The notes beneath the pieces were generated by a model, which searched no databases, was not told the origin of the DNA, and saw nothing but the letters and a program-made list of their open reading frames with translations. Positions 24,000 through 34,783 of a stretch of 64,000 nt of DNA are shown in pieces. The stretch's first letter is position 1. Every line of letters starts with the position of its first letter. A program made the position numbers and the translations under genes. This stretch comes from a virus (taxonomy: Duplodnaviria > Caudoviricetes), in IMG/VR virus record IMGVR_UViG_3300008107_000634, positions 1,991-65,990 of that record; one strand, written 5' to 3'.

Positions 24000-25001
24000 A
24001 TGGTAACTAGAGTTCCCATATATCTTGGCGGAACAGGTGAATCTACTCAGGCCAGTGCACAAGCCGCTTTAGGACTACATAGTTCTAACAGTGTAGCTTT
24101 CATGTCTGTTGTAGTCAACTCCGTAAATGTTTTAGCTAACGACGGTGCTACGCTCTTAACTGCGCGCAGCAACGACTGGAATACTTATTCTACATTAGCT
24201 GCTAATGACGGCGCTACGCTTTTAACTGCACGTGGTAACGACTATACTACTTATCTTGCAGCTCTATCCAACGATTATGCTACTTATCTTAACGCTCAGG
24301 CTAATGACGGCGCTACGCTTTTAACTGCGCGTAGCAACGACTGGAATACTTATTCTACGCTTGCAGCGAATGACGGCGCTACGCTTTTAACTGCACGTGG
24401 TAACGACTATACTACTTATCTTGCAGCTCTATCCAACGATTATGCTACGTATCTTAACGCTCAGGCTAATGACGGTGCTACACTTTTAACTGCACGAGGT
24501 AACGACTATACTACTTATCTAGCAGCGTTATCTAATGACGGTGCTACGCTCCTAACTGCGCGTGGTAACGACTATACTACTTATCTTGCAGCGTTATCTA
24601 ATGATTTTAGTAGCTATACTTATTTAAATTCTAATATTAGTTTTTCGGCTAATTTAGCAACCTTTAATACTAATGTAAGTTTTGCAAAAGCTAATATACT
24701 ACAACAAACTCTGACTGATGCGGCAACTATATCATGGGATACTTCTTTAGGCCAAATAGCCACAGTTACTTTAGGAGCTAGTAGAACCATGGGGGCTCCT
24801 ACAAATCTCAGAGTAGGAACTTATATTCTTCATGTAATTCAAGGAGGAACAGGTTCTTATACTATTACATGGAATGGAGTATTCAAATGGACAGCCGCAG
24901 TAGCCCCTACTCTTTCAACAGTAGTAGGAAGACGTGACGTATTTTCTTTTATATCAGACGGGACAAACCTATACGGTGCTATGATTCCTGATGTGAGGTA
25001 A
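24000..25001 (+). CDS. fibre protein with 11-aa ND repeats and C-terminal beta domain
   Basis: Same repeat as 18174; C-terminal [19 protein letters not shown] domain shared with the 63223 ORF. Confidence 0.7.
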   Translation: MVTRVPIYLGGTGESTQASAQAALGLHSSNSVAFMSVVVNSVNVLANDGATLLTARSNDWNTYSTLAANDGATLLTARGNDYTTYLAALSNDYATYLNAQANDGATLLTARSNDWNTYSTLAANDGATLLTARGNDYTTYLAALSNDYATYLNAQANDGATLLTARGNDYTTYLAALSNDGATLLTARGNDYTTYLAALSNDFSSYTYLNSNISFSANLATFNTNVSFAKANILQQTLTDAATISWDTSLGQIATVTLGASRTMGAPTNLRVGTYILHVIQGGTGSYTITWNGVFKWTAAVAPTLSTVVGRRDVFSFISDGTNLYGAMIPDVR

Positions 25002-25003
25002 TC

Positions 25004-26428
25004 ATGTTAGTTCCTATTCTTAGACCTATAAAAGTAGTAAATGTAACCGGATCTACTAATGATTTTAATCTCTATACTGCCACAGGTAATGTAGGCGTAG
25101 TAGCTGGTAGTATTACTTATCCTCATAATCTATACTGTTTTGTTACCGCTAGCATCGGCGCTACAGCTAATACGACTCCAGCTTTTCAGACTGGAACTGG
25201 TTATCATGGCGGAACAGATATCTATATTAAAAATACCAGCACCATCACAGGAGGCACAGGTCCTAACGGTGTTATAGGAACTCCGGGTGCTACAGGAACT
25301 CCGGGTGCTACAGGAACTCCGGGTGCTACAGGAACACCTGGAATTACTGGATCGACAGGCGCTACGGGAACCCCAGGAGCTACAGGATCGACAGGTACTC
25401 CCGGTGCTGGAGGTGCTGGCGGTAGAGGTAATGCTTTAGATAACCTTGGAACGGCAGGATCTGTGGGTGGTACCGGAGGAACAGGAGGTCCTGGAGGGAC
25501 TGGAGGAACAGGAGTTACTGGCGGAACCGGAGGGACTGGAGGTCCTGGCGGGACCGGAGGTCCTGGTGGCAATGGAGGTCCTGGCGGAACTGGAGGTCCA
25601 GGTACTCCTGCAGGTCCTGGTGGTATATCTTTTCTGGCAGGCTCTAATCCTAATGTTAGAGTTCTCTTAGATAACGGATCAGGAACTTTAACAGGTGGCG
25701 CAGGCGGCACCGGCGGTCCAGGTGGTCCTGGAGGCCTCGGAGGACCTGCTGGTCCTGGGGGTCCTGGAGGTCCTGGAGGTCCGGGTGGTCCAGGAGGGCC
25801 TGGGGGTCCAGGAGGACCAGCTGGAGCTGGAGGCCCTGGCGGAACTGGCGGTGGCGGCGGTGGTGGCGGGGGAGCCATGGGCTATAAAACTGTTCCTAGT
25901 AAAGGTGTGCCCTATACTGATTATTTCGGAGGGGGCGGAGGGGGCGGAGGTGCTGGCACTCCTGGAGCTGCGGGCGGTCTTGGAGGTCCTGGAAGCGGTC
26001 CAGGTGGTCTACCCGGCTCTGCGGGCACTACAACATCTTCGGGTTCAACAACAGGCGGCGCCGGAGGTGCCGGAGGCGGCGGAACCGGAAGTGCGGCAGG
26101 TGCTGGTGGCGCTGGAGGTAATTTAGGAGCTGCTGGTAGTTCAGGGTCTGCAGGCGGAGGCGCTTATCCTACTACATACGGAGCACGTGGCGGAGGCGCT
26201 GCAGGCGCTACCGGACCTACCGGTCCGGCCGGGAGCGTTGGTCCTACCGGAGCTACAGGCCCCACTGGACCAACCGGACCAACTGGTCCTACCGGCCCGG
26301 TTGGAGCTGTTGGACCTACAGGACCTACCGGACCTGCTGGAACAAACGGCGCGCAAGGAAACTCCGTTTCCGGTAATTCGAATATTACATATATAGCAAC
26401 AGGAACCAGGAACGGTCCTGTAGGATGA
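25004..26428 (+). CDS. collagen-like / Gly-Pro-Thr-rich fibre protein
   Basis: Long Gly-X-Y runs (GTPGAT, GGP, GPT). Confidence 0.75.
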   Translation: MLVPILRPIKVVNVTGSTNDFNLYTATGNVGVVAGSITYPHNLYCFVTASIGATANTTPAFQTGTGYHGGTDIYIKNTSTITGGTGPNGVIGTPGATGTPGATGTPGATGTPGITGSTGATGTPGATGSTGTPGAGGAGGRGNALDNLGTAGSVGGTGGTGGPGGTGGTGVTGGTGGTGGPGGTGGPGGNGGPGGTGGPGTPAGPGGISFLAGSNPNVRVLLDNGSGTLTGGAGGTGGPGGPGGLGGPAGPGGPGGPGGPGGPGGPGGPGGPAGAGGPGGTGGGGGGGGGAMGYKTVPSKGVPYTDYFGGGGGGGGAGTPGAAGGLGGPGSGPGGLPGSAGTTTSSGSTTGGAGGAGGGGTGSAAGAGGAGGNLGAAGSSGSAGGGAYPTTYGARGGGAAGATGPTGPAGSVGPTGATGPTGPTGPTGPTGPVGAVGPTGPTGPAGTNGAQGNSVSGNSNITYIATGTRNGPVG

Positions 26429-26434
26429 AAATTA

Positions 26435-27052
26435 GTGTACAAAAATATTTATAACGACCCAAGAGAAAGGTCTCAAAATACCTATAGTTGGGTATATTGG
26501 GATCAAGCATTTACAGATGAAGAGTTAGATCAAATAACTCAATATTGTTTGTCTAAAGGTGCAGAGCCCTCTACAATTATGGGGACAAGTAATCAAGAAG
26601 AAGTAGAACGAGTTAGAGTATCTCAAACCCATTTTCACCACAGAGATAACAATACTGCTTGGATATTTGATAGATTTAATGATATAATCATGAGATTGAA
26701 TGAAAGATTTTATGGATTTAATCTTAATGGATATGACTCTTTTCAGTATACTGAATACGACAGCAGTAAATTAGGTAGATATGATTGGCATATGGATACC
26801 CAGCTAGGAGCTAACACCTTAATAGAAACTAGAAAACTATCTCTAGTTTTAAATCTTTCTAAACCAGAGGAAGACTACAGGGGTGGCTCTTTTCAACTTA
26901 ATCTCGGAATGGAAGAAGAGGCAGAGACTGTGCCTTTTCCTCGTGGTAGAATTATTGCCTTTCCATCTTTTATGATACACAGGGTTACTCCTGTAGTAGA
27001 AGGTATACGTAGATCCATAGTAGTTTGGGTAACTGGGCCTAAATTCATATAA
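26435..27052 (+). CDS. 2OG-Fe(II) oxygenase (PKHD/prolyl-hydroxylase type)
   Basis: WHMD, RKLS, FPSF..HRVTPV..G.R.S.V.W motifs. Confidence 0.88.
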   Translation: MYKNIYNDPRERSQNTYSWVYWDQAFTDEELDQITQYCLSKGAEPSTIMGTSNQEEVERVRVSQTHFHHRDNNTAWIFDRFNDIIMRLNERFYGFNLNGYDSFQYTEYDSSKLGRYDWHMDTQLGANTLIETRKLSLVLNLSKPEEDYRGGSFQLNLGMEEEAETVPFPRGRIIAFPSFMIHRVTPVVEGIRRSIVVWVTGPKFI

Positions 27053-27060
27053 GGAGATGT

Positions 27061-27942
27061 ATGTTACTAGCGTTTATTCCTAGACCTCAAAAAGTAGTAA
27101 GACTTTCTAGCCCTGCTAGTGACTATAATCTCTATACTTCTCAGGGCGTAACCTATCCCTTAGATCTCTACTGTTTTATAACAGCTCCAATATCTAGTAC
27201 AGCTACAGCGACTCCTGCTTTTAGAACGGGGTCTAGTTGGTCTGCTGGATCTTTGCTATATATTCAAAATAGCACTACTATTACAGGAGCTACGGGATCT
27301 ACTGGCCCTAATGGAGCAGGCGGAGCCGGAGGTATAGGGTCTACAGTAGCAGGACCTGTTATTAACTCTACAGCAGGTAGTGCTGGTACTTCTGGGACTC
27401 CTGGTGGAACAGGAGGTCCTGCTTTTACAGCCGATACTGTTTCTGGTCTTGTAACTATCCTAGATAATGCTAGTGGAACACTTACTGGAGGTTCTGGAGG
27501 GCCTGGAGGTAGTGGTGGTGGAGGCGGTGGTGGGGGCGGAGCTGCCGGGTATACCTATAATCCTGCTAGCAAGGGTGTTCCTGCATATTATGATTACTAT
27601 AGAGGCGGTGGAGGAGGTGGCGGAGCAGGCTCTCCTGCAGGAGCCGGAGGAGCCGGAAATACTCCTGGTAGCAGCGGAACTAGTACTACAGGAGGAGCAG
27701 GTAGTCCTGGTGGCGGAGGCTCTACTATGGTGGCAGGTGCCGGAGGACCTGGAGGTAATCTTGGAGCAGCCGGAACCGCTGGAGGATCAAATACCGATTA
27801 TCCACTAGGAAGTGCAAACGGTGGTAAGGCTGGCGGATCTGCTGGTCCCAACGGCTCTACAGGCCCGCAAGGAAACTCCGTTTCCGGTAATTCGAATATC
27901 AAATATATAGCAACAGGCACAAGAAATGGACCGATTGGATGA
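27061..27942 (+). CDS. Gly-rich fibre protein, paralogue of 25004
   Basis: Shared N- and C-terminal domains. Confidence 0.72.
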   Translation: MLLAFIPRPQKVVRLSSPASDYNLYTSQGVTYPLDLYCFITAPISSTATATPAFRTGSSWSAGSLLYIQNSTTITGATGSTGPNGAGGAGGIGSTVAGPVINSTAGSAGTSGTPGGTGGPAFTADTVSGLVTILDNASGTLTGGSGGPGGSGGGGGGGGGAAGYTYNPASKGVPAYYDYYRGGGGGGGAGSPAGAGGAGNTPGSSGTSTTGGAGSPGGGGSTMVAGAGGPGGNLGAAGTAGGSNTDYPLGSANGGKAGGSAGPNGSTGPQGNSVSGNSNIKYIATGTRNGPIG

Positions 27943-28628
27943 TAGCACACTCTTTATTTCCTACTCTTATAGGAGAATGGAAACATCCAGACCCTGAGTC
28001 TATCAAACAAGCCTTGTTCAAACGCGTGTTTCATCATATAGATGCCCATGGATATTCTATGGAAACTACAGGAGATGTAGACTTACATCTTGATCAAGAG
28101 TTTGATCCTCTATTTGATTTTGCGGCTAGTTGCGCCGGTGAGTATCTAGACACCTTGAAACTAGATAGAAACGTTTTTAGTCTTAATCTAGTTAAGACTT
28201 GGCTCAATATCATAACAGAGTTTCACACACCACCACATAATCATCAAGATGCTCATCTATCTTTTGTCTACTATATTCAGATACCCGAGGGATTAGATAA
28301 GCCTATTTATTTTTCTTGTGAACACAAACCTAACGATTTATTTCATGGTATGATTAATGCTAATATCCTAGAATGGAATACCTGGAATAGCCCGACTTGG
28401 TTTTTTAAACCGCAAGAAGGACAGCTATTTATGTTTCCAGGTAAACTATATCATCACACAGGAGGGTATGGCTCTGGTCAGCCAGACATGGGATGTAAAA
28501 CCCTTGATGACCTTAAACCTAGAAGAATATCTATTGCAGGAGACTTCTTGTTAACCTATAATCGTAAGATAGGTAGAGCCTATGGTATACAACCCGTGTC
28601 TAATTGGAGAACGTTCAATGGCAGTTAA
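27939..28628 (+). CDS. putative 2OG-Fe(II) oxygenase (TIGR02466-like)
   Basis: W.N..., H.H...HLS.VYY, P.EG.L..FP..L.H, RISIA motifs. Confidence 0.8.
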   Translation: MIAHSLFPTLIGEWKHPDPESIKQALFKRVFHHIDAHGYSMETTGDVDLHLDQEFDPLFDFAASCAGEYLDTLKLDRNVFSLNLVKTWLNIITEFHTPPHNHQDAHLSFVYYIQIPEGLDKPIYFSCEHKPNDLFHGMINANILEWNTWNSPTWFFKPQEGQLFMFPGKLYHHTGGYGSGQPDMGCKTLDDLKPRRISIAGDFLLTYNRKIGRAYGIQPVSNWRTFNGS

Positions 28629-29103
28629 ATTTAGAATACTTGATAAAGATGTTAATCAGCACTCTATAGTTGTTAGATATTATACAGATATCCTCAGTGA
28701 AGATAGTTTAGCAACATCTTTTGTTGTTGATAGCGACGGAAATACTATAATAGATAGAGGCCCTGATGGGACCCCAAAAAGATGTCAAACAGACTATAGT
28801 ATTAATATCTGGGATGTTAGTGCTACCCAACCAGGAGCTAATACAGATATAATCTTTCAACAGATCAATGACAGTGCTCCATACGACTGGTTCGATCTCA
28901 AAGAGCAGATCGTAGATGCTAATGTAGACACAGATATGTTTGTCGTAGATTCATTAATAGGGCAGGTAAGAGAAGCTGTAAGGCCTATCAGATTAGAACC
29001 TATTATTGCAAATGCAAATGCAAATGCAAATATTTCTGAGAGTGAAATAGAGCAATTAATTCAACGTATAATTAATAACACAGCGCCGGAGACTTCAGGA
29101 TGA
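28618..29103 (+). CDS. hypothetical protein (QHSIVVRYYTD family)
   Basis: GGAG RBS before MAVKFRI. Confidence 0.65.
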   Translation: MAVKFRILDKDVNQHSIVVRYYTDILSEDSLATSFVVDSDGNTIIDRGPDGTPKRCQTDYSINIWDVSATQPGANTDIIFQQINDSAPYDWFDLKEQIVDANVDTDMFVVDSLIGQVREAVRPIRLEPIIANANANANISESEIEQLIQRIINNTAPETSG

Positions 29104-29414
29104 ATGTAAAATTTAAAATAATTGAAACAGATCTCTCTCAACATTCAATTGTTGTAAGATATTATACAGATTATTTCACAGAGGATAATCTTGCTAGATC
29201 AGCTAAGCAGGCTGCTCCTTATGATTGGTTCAAGTTAAGATATGATGTTTTAGATCCTAATGTCGACACATCTCTATCAGCAGTAGATTCTTTATTAGGT
29301 AAAGAGTTCACAGCAGAAAAACCAATTCCAATTCCAATTCCGGTTCAAAAAGAACAAATAACAGAAGATCAAATCGAAGCTTTAATACGAAATCTTACTT
29401 CTAATGTTACATGA
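29100..29414 (+). CDS. internally shortened paralogue of 28618
   Basis: Same N- and C-terminal motifs; the middle segment is missing. Confidence 0.55.
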   Translation: MNVKFKIIETDLSQHSIVVRYYTDYFTEDNLARSAKQAAPYDWFKLRYDVLDPNVDTSLSAVDSLLGKEFTAEKPIPIPIPVQKEQITEDQIEALIRNLTSNVT

Positions 29415-30556
29415 ATAAAAAACTTGGATACTATAGTGTAGGACTACAAGAATTTGATTCTAAGATTAAAGCTTGTCAGTTGGCCTCTAAAGTATTAGAA
29501 AAAATACAAAGTCCTAATATAGTTAAGTGGCATTTTAACGATGAGATATTTAGCACCTATAACTGGTCTATAGAACCTAGAGAGTCTTTAGCAGATTTAT
29601 ATAAAAAAAGAGCTAAACATTTAAGAGAGCAGTATGACTATATAATAATCAGTTATAGTGGTGGTGCGGATAGCCATAACGTAGTCATGTCTTTTTTAAA
29701 TCAAGGACTATTTATAGATGAATTAGTTGTAACTCACATGGATAAGGCGATGAAAGACTACGCAATAGTAGATAGAGACGATAGATCCGCTAAATATGCT
29801 TATTATTCAGAATACCATTTACAGACTTTACCTAGGTTAGAAGAGATTAGACTACTATCTCCAACTACTAAAATACGTATTTTTGATGTTAGCGAATCTG
29901 TATTTAAAGCTTTTTCTAGACACATGGATGAGGGCTGGGTTTATCATGTTAGAGAAGAACTAAACCCTATTGATGCTTCCAGATATAACTATTTACAGTT
30001 TTCAGAATTCAAAACACAGCTAGATTTTGGTAAAAAAATAGCTATAGTTCTAGGGGTAGATAAACCTATTGTAAAACTCGACGAGACTTATAACAAGTTT
30101 TACTTATGTTTTAGAGATAGATTGGCTAATATAACACCTATAGGAGAATATGCCAAAGACTATACTAATACGACCATAGAATATTTCTATTGGTCTCCAG
30201 ATGCTTGTGATCTCTTATGTAAACAAGCACATACTATCATTAATTGGCTAAAGCAAAACCCTGGATTTCAAAAATATTTCTTAAATAAGCCAGTATCGAG
30301 AGTTATTTCTGAACGCATCTTAAGACCTCTAATATATACTACTTGGAAATCTGAATGGTTTCAAGCAAATAAAGCTATGTTTGATTGGCACTCGGACTTT
30401 GATGCCTGGTTTATTGAAAACTATAAAAATACTTTAGAATACTTATTATGGAAAAAAGGTATTTTTTATGTAGCCAGGACGTGCACGCCTTTTATATCTA
30501 ATAGTAAAAATCCTGATGGATTGGTAACCTTCGAAAAAAGATACGAAATAGTATAA
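29411..30556 (+). CDS. PP-loop (adenine nucleotide alpha-hydrolase-like) ATP pyrophosphatase 1
   Basis: SYSGGADSHN motif. Confidence 0.7.
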   Translation: MNKKLGYYSVGLQEFDSKIKACQLASKVLEKIQSPNIVKWHFNDEIFSTYNWSIEPRESLADLYKKRAKHLREQYDYIIISYSGGADSHNVVMSFLNQGLFIDELVVTHMDKAMKDYAIVDRDDRSAKYAYYSEYHLQTLPRLEEIRLLSPTTKIRIFDVSESVFKAFSRHMDEGWVYHVREELNPIDASRYNYLQFSEFKTQLDFGKKIAIVLGVDKPIVKLDETYNKFYLCFRDRLANITPIGEYAKDYTNTTIEYFYWSPDACDLLCKQAHTIINWLKQNPGFQKYFLNKPVSRVISERILRPLIYTTWKSEWFQANKAMFDWHSDFDAWFIENYKNTLEYLLWKKGIFYVARTCTPFISNSKNPDGLVTFEKRYEIV

Positions 30557-31872
30557 TGGATTTAGAGTTACTAATTGCAGCCGCTACAGGAACTACCGCA
30601 GGTATATTAATAGGTCTATTACCCGGACTAGGGACTACTTCTCTTTTATTAGTGTGTTTTCCTTTTCTAGTAAAACAATCTCTCATTTTTTGCATAGTAT
30701 TTTATTGTGTAGCATCTTCTATTAGTCAGTATTTTGGCAGTGTAACTACTCTCACTTTCGGTATACCAGGAGAAAATACTAGTTTACCCCTATTCTCTAT
30801 AAGAGACAAAATATTAGAATCTAATAGGCTAAATGAGATATATTATTTATGTGCGTTCGGTAGTCTTATAGCTTCTTTATTATCTTTAGTTGTTCTATAC
30901 TTTAGTATAGATTTTTTCCTATCTAATGTTTTTTATCTAAAATCTTATTTCTCTTTATTTTTTGCAATCGTTGGACTTTTTTTATGTGTGCTCTATTCTA
31001 ACAATAGGATAATTACTTCAATTATTTTATTGCTCACAGGTTGGTTTTTTGGTAAGGTAGGCTACAATGAAATATTAAATTCAAATTTTATGACGTTTGA
31101 TAATTCTTATCTATACTCAGGAATTCCGTCTTTACCTGCAATTATGGGTATATATGCTTTACCAAGTTTGTATTTTATGACTAAAAGATTAAAAGAACTA
31201 AAAGAGATACGTAATAACTCTTTAGTAGAATTTAATATGGTTAATTCTACTTTTGAAAACTTAACTACCGTATTTAGATCTTCTCTAGTCGGGTTTGTAA
31301 GCGGATTAATACCTTATATAGGTAATAGTATAAGTAGTAATATGGCTTTTAATATGGAGAAAAAATTAAAGCCTAATAATTATGTTGCTCAGGCTACCGC
31401 ATCAGAATCTGCCAATAATTCAGCAAATATATCTGTATTAGTTCCTTTATTATTTCTTGGAGTAGCCATAGTTCCTAGTGAGTTTGTTCTGTTAGAGATA
31501 ATAGCTTCTAGTAATAGCTTTATCAATTGGAAAACTATCTATAGTAATTTTATTACGATTTTATTAATATTGCTGGTTACTAATGCTTTTGCTTTTTATA
31601 TTTCTTGGATATGCCTTAAAGGGTTTAATAAATTCATAGCTAGAACAGCGTCTTATTTACCTATATTAATTTTTGGACTAGTTACATCATCTATTTTCTA
31701 CTTAGGTTTTAATCTAAATCAAGGAACTTTTTACTTAGTTGTTCTTTTCTTTTTCTTTTCGCTAGGATTATTGCTAAGTAAATTAGATCTATTACCTTTT
31801 ACCTATGCTTTTTTATTGCAGAACAACGTAGAACAACTTTTTTATAGGTTTTATCAAATCTACATACTATAA
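30556..31872 (+). CDS. TctA-like tripartite tricarboxylate transporter permease
   Basis: GLLPGLG, FGIPGE, GLIPYIG, ESANNSA, LGV motifs; highly hydrophobic. Confidence 0.8.
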   Translation: MDLELLIAAATGTTAGILIGLLPGLGTTSLLLVCFPFLVKQSLIFCIVFYCVASSISQYFGSVTTLTFGIPGENTSLPLFSIRDKILESNRLNEIYYLCAFGSLIASLLSLVVLYFSIDFFLSNVFYLKSYFSLFFAIVGLFLCVLYSNNRIITSIILLLTGWFFGKVGYNEILNSNFMTFDNSYLYSGIPSLPAIMGIYALPSLYFMTKRLKELKEIRNNSLVEFNMVNSTFENLTTVFRSSLVGFVSGLIPYIGNSISSNMAFNMEKKLKPNNYVAQATASESANNSANISVLVPLLFLGVAIVPSEFVLLEIIASSNSFINWKTIYSNFITILLILLVTNAFAFYISWICLKGFNKFIARTASYLPILIFGLVTSSIFYLGFNLNQGTFYLVVLFFFFSLGLLLSKLDLLPFTYAFLLQNNVEQLFYRFYQIYIL

Positions 31873-31879
31873 GGTATTT

Positions 31880-33124
31880 ATGTTAGAAACACATCCATAC
31901 TACAGTTTTTATTCTTATAACAACAATAAATATCATGGCAAAGTTATGGCTTTGGCGGCTCTTGGTGCTACTAAAAATAACGCAGATATAGTTTGGAAAC
32001 TGCCTAATTTTGAAAAAGAATTAGAAAAACTAAATTTATTACAAGAACCCAGAGAGTCATTACAAGACTTATACTTAACAAGAGCACAAGATTTAAGAAA
32101 TACATACGATTACTTAATATTAAATTATAGTGGCGGACCAGATAGTCATAACATATTAGAAACTTTTTTACTAAATAATATATTTCTAGATGAAATATTT
32201 ATATATAGTTATTTTAGCGAAGAAACTATAGTTAATTTACAAAATAACTATCCAACTACTTTTGTTATGTTCCCTGAATTTTATGAGGCACAAAAAAGCG
32301 CTATTCCAGTAGCAAGATACTTAGTAGAAAAATATTCTCCACATACTAAGATAACATATGTAGATAATTTCTATCAGTTGCATAAAGTATTTTGGGAAAA
32401 TATCAATGAAAAAAATTACCTTGAAAATATAAAAGGAAATGCCAGCGTCCTACTAACACATAGACACATTGCTAGATATAGAAATCCAAACTTTGTTCCA
32501 GAGTGGAAAACTATTAAAAATAGAAAAAAAACTGCTCACATATGGGGCATAGAAAAACCTAACATAGTTTATGATAATATAGGCGTATACTTTGAGCTAT
32601 TAGATCATACTATATTAAGTAGAATAGATTTACAACATATTCTTACTGTAGACGGCATACCTAATAATCACGAATTATTTTATATACATCCTAAGTCTGT
32701 AAAAATGTTTTTAAAACAGGCTCATATTATAGCTAAAACTTTTTCTAAAGATTTTTTTAAAAATCCAGAAATATCTACTAGCACTAGAAAAAAACAAGAT
32801 GCTTTAGCTAGAGTTATATATTCCTTCAAAACTAAATTACCTTATTCAGGTCTTAAATTAGGTGATTTAATCACTAAATATGAGGACGTGCCTTTATTGA
32901 AAGAATTAGCAAAAACAGGAATTATTCCAGGATACGCTGATATGACAGAACCTTTGAATTTAAAATTATATGCAGACGATAAAAATTCTCTATCATCTAT
33001 CAACTACGATAAATTTCTATCTTTTATTTATCATAGTCTTTTTAAGGGAGCAGATAAGAAACAGCTCTTACACACATTGTGCTTAGGTTTTACTAGTAAA
33101 AGATACTATATTAAAATTCATTAG
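31880..33124 (+). CDS. PP-loop ATP pyrophosphatase 2
   Basis: NYSGGPDSHN motif; paralogue of 29411. Confidence 0.7.
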   Translation: MLETHPYYSFYSYNNNKYHGKVMALAALGATKNNADIVWKLPNFEKELEKLNLLQEPRESLQDLYLTRAQDLRNTYDYLILNYSGGPDSHNILETFLLNNIFLDEIFIYSYFSEETIVNLQNNYPTTFVMFPEFYEAQKSAIPVARYLVEKYSPHTKITYVDNFYQLHKVFWENINEKNYLENIKGNASVLLTHRHIARYRNPNFVPEWKTIKNRKKTAHIWGIEKPNIVYDNIGVYFELLDHTILSRIDLQHILTVDGIPNNHELFYIHPKSVKMFLKQAHIIAKTFSKDFFKNPEISTSTRKKQDALARVIYSFKTKLPYSGLKLGDLITKYEDVPLLKELAKTGIIPGYADMTEPLNLKLYADDKNSLSSINYDKFLSFIYHSLFKGADKKQLLHTLCLGFTSKRYYIKIH

Positions 33125-33133
33125 GAGATATAC

Positions 33134-33985
33134 GTGTTAAAGACTTTAATAATAATTTTTTCAACAATAGCTTATTCTGCTATAGCTTCGGAATTAACCA
33201 TTATAAATAATGGATCTTCTACTGGCATCAATAGTCAACTATTACAAGAATATGTTAAAAATTTTTCTGACTATAAAGTTGAAATAAACAATACTAACGC
33301 TAACTGTGCTACCAGCAAAATATTATGGAATAATTCTAAAAAACCTACTTTATATGTTTTAATTACTAATATAGACGGCTCTTTAGATAAAAATAACCAT
33401 ATTTGTTACATGCAAATTACTAAAGAAAATTTACTATTTATGAACTACTCTGCTCCAATGGAACTATGTGCAATAGGTTCAAAAAATTGGAATGATTTTA
33501 TTAAATCGGGCAGTAAGCACGTAATAGGCACTACAGCAACTACTACAAAAATACCAGAACAGTTCCTAAATAAACTTGCAGATGCTTATGGTATTAGTAT
33601 AAAATCAATTAGAATTAACACTAATTCTGAGTTTATAACTATGGCTAAATCTCAAGAATTAGATTTTGGGTTTAGAACAGGTCTTAGTGGAAACGATTTT
33701 TTTAAGGATAAATGTTTTTGGAATGTATCACAGCTAGATAATCTTAATCATATAACAAATATGAAAAACTTATATGATTTATTATATGAAGAATCAGTTA
33801 TTTTATACAAAAATTTATCAGATGAACAAGTAGAAGAATTTAGAAGAAAATTAAAAGAATCTTGGTCTTCTGCAACTTCTATAAAACTCAGAAATCAAAG
33901 AGGCTATGATGATTCTTTAGTTAGCTATAAAACCGAAGAAGAAAGACTTAAACTATTCAACAAGTTTTTGTCTAAATTTCCATAA
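33134..33985 (+). CDS. secreted TctC/Bug-like solute-binding protein (divergent)
   Basis: Signal peptide; position next to tctA-like gene; G.S.G early motif. Confidence 0.45.
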   Translation: MLKTLIIIFSTIAYSAIASELTIINNGSSTGINSQLLQEYVKNFSDYKVEINNTNANCATSKILWNNSKKPTLYVLITNIDGSLDKNNHICYMQITKENLLFMNYSAPMELCAIGSKNWNDFIKSGSKHVIGTTATTTKIPEQFLNKLADAYGISIKSIRINTNSEFITMAKSQELDFGFRTGLSGNDFFKDKCFWNVSQLDNLNHITNMKNLYDLLYEESVILYKNLSDEQVEEFRRKLKESWSSATSIKLRNQRGYDDSLVSYKTEEERLKLFNKFLSKFP

Positions 33986-34123
33986 CAGAAACCTTGATAA
34001 CCCCATAGATATATTATTTCAAAAACATACTTATTTTCAACCTAATAATGAACTAATTTTTACTACAGCAACCATATATTTTAACATTTTACAGATACAA
34101 ACAAGAAAGTTATTATATCTTTA

Positions 34124-34783
34124 ATGGCTAAAAAGTATAAACAGCAATTTGAAGAGCAACCTAGGTATCAAAAAAGTCTTATACCTAAAACAGAAAATCA
34201 AAGAAGATACTACAGCAGCTTACAAGACTATCCGATTACCATCGGATTAGGCAGCGCCGGAAGCGGTAAAACATATATAGCAGCCTATCAAGCAGCTTGG
34301 GAATACGAGCGAGGCCTAGTAGATAAGATTATCCTAGTAAGACCTGCAGTTACCAATGAGAGTTTTGGCTTTCTACCTGGAACTCTTGAAGAAAAATTAG
34401 ATCCTTATATGCGACCTCTGTTCGATTGCCTTGAACAGAGGTTTGGCGTTAAGAAGCTAGATTCGATGATACAGTCTGGCGAAATAGAACTAGCTCCACT
34501 AGCATTTATGCGTGGTAGAACTTTTAATAAGAGCTTTGTCATCCTAGACGAGGCTCAAAATAGCACCCGAGATCAGATGATGATGTTTTTAACTAGGTTT
34601 GGTGAAGGTGTAAAAGTAGCTATTACGGGAGATCTCGATCAAAGCGATCTTAGACATGATAATGGATTAGAGTGGGCAGTTAGACGATTGTCTAATTGTG
34701 CCAGCGTATCAATAGTACGTTTTTATCAAGATGATGTTGTTAGAAGCCATCTTGTCAAAGAACTTATGAGGCATTTACAATGA
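34124..34783 (+). CDS. phoH: PhoH-family ATPase
   Basis: GSAGSGKT, RPAV, GFLPG, PLAFMRGRTF, DEAQN, GD..QSD. Confidence 0.95.
   Translation: MAKKYKQQFEEQPRYQKSLIPKTENQRRYYSSLQDYPITIGLGSAGSGKTYIAAYQAAWEYERGLVDKIILVRPAVTNESFGFLPGTLEEKLDPYMRPLFDCLEQRFGVKKLDSMIQSGEIELAPLAFMRGRTFNKSFVILDEAQNSTRDQMMMFLTRFGEGVKVAITGDLDQSDLRHDNGLEWAVRRLSNCASVSIVRFYQDDVVRSHLVKELMRHLQ

Noticed and set aside
25222-26442. Pro-rich antisense ORFs (25222-, 26164-, 22637-)
   Set aside because: Reverse-complement artefacts of Gly-rich coding sequence.
18174-28000. Diversity-generating retroelement in the fibre genes
   Set aside because: No reverse transcriptase and no adenine-specific TR/VR pair; the repeats are coding tandem repeats.
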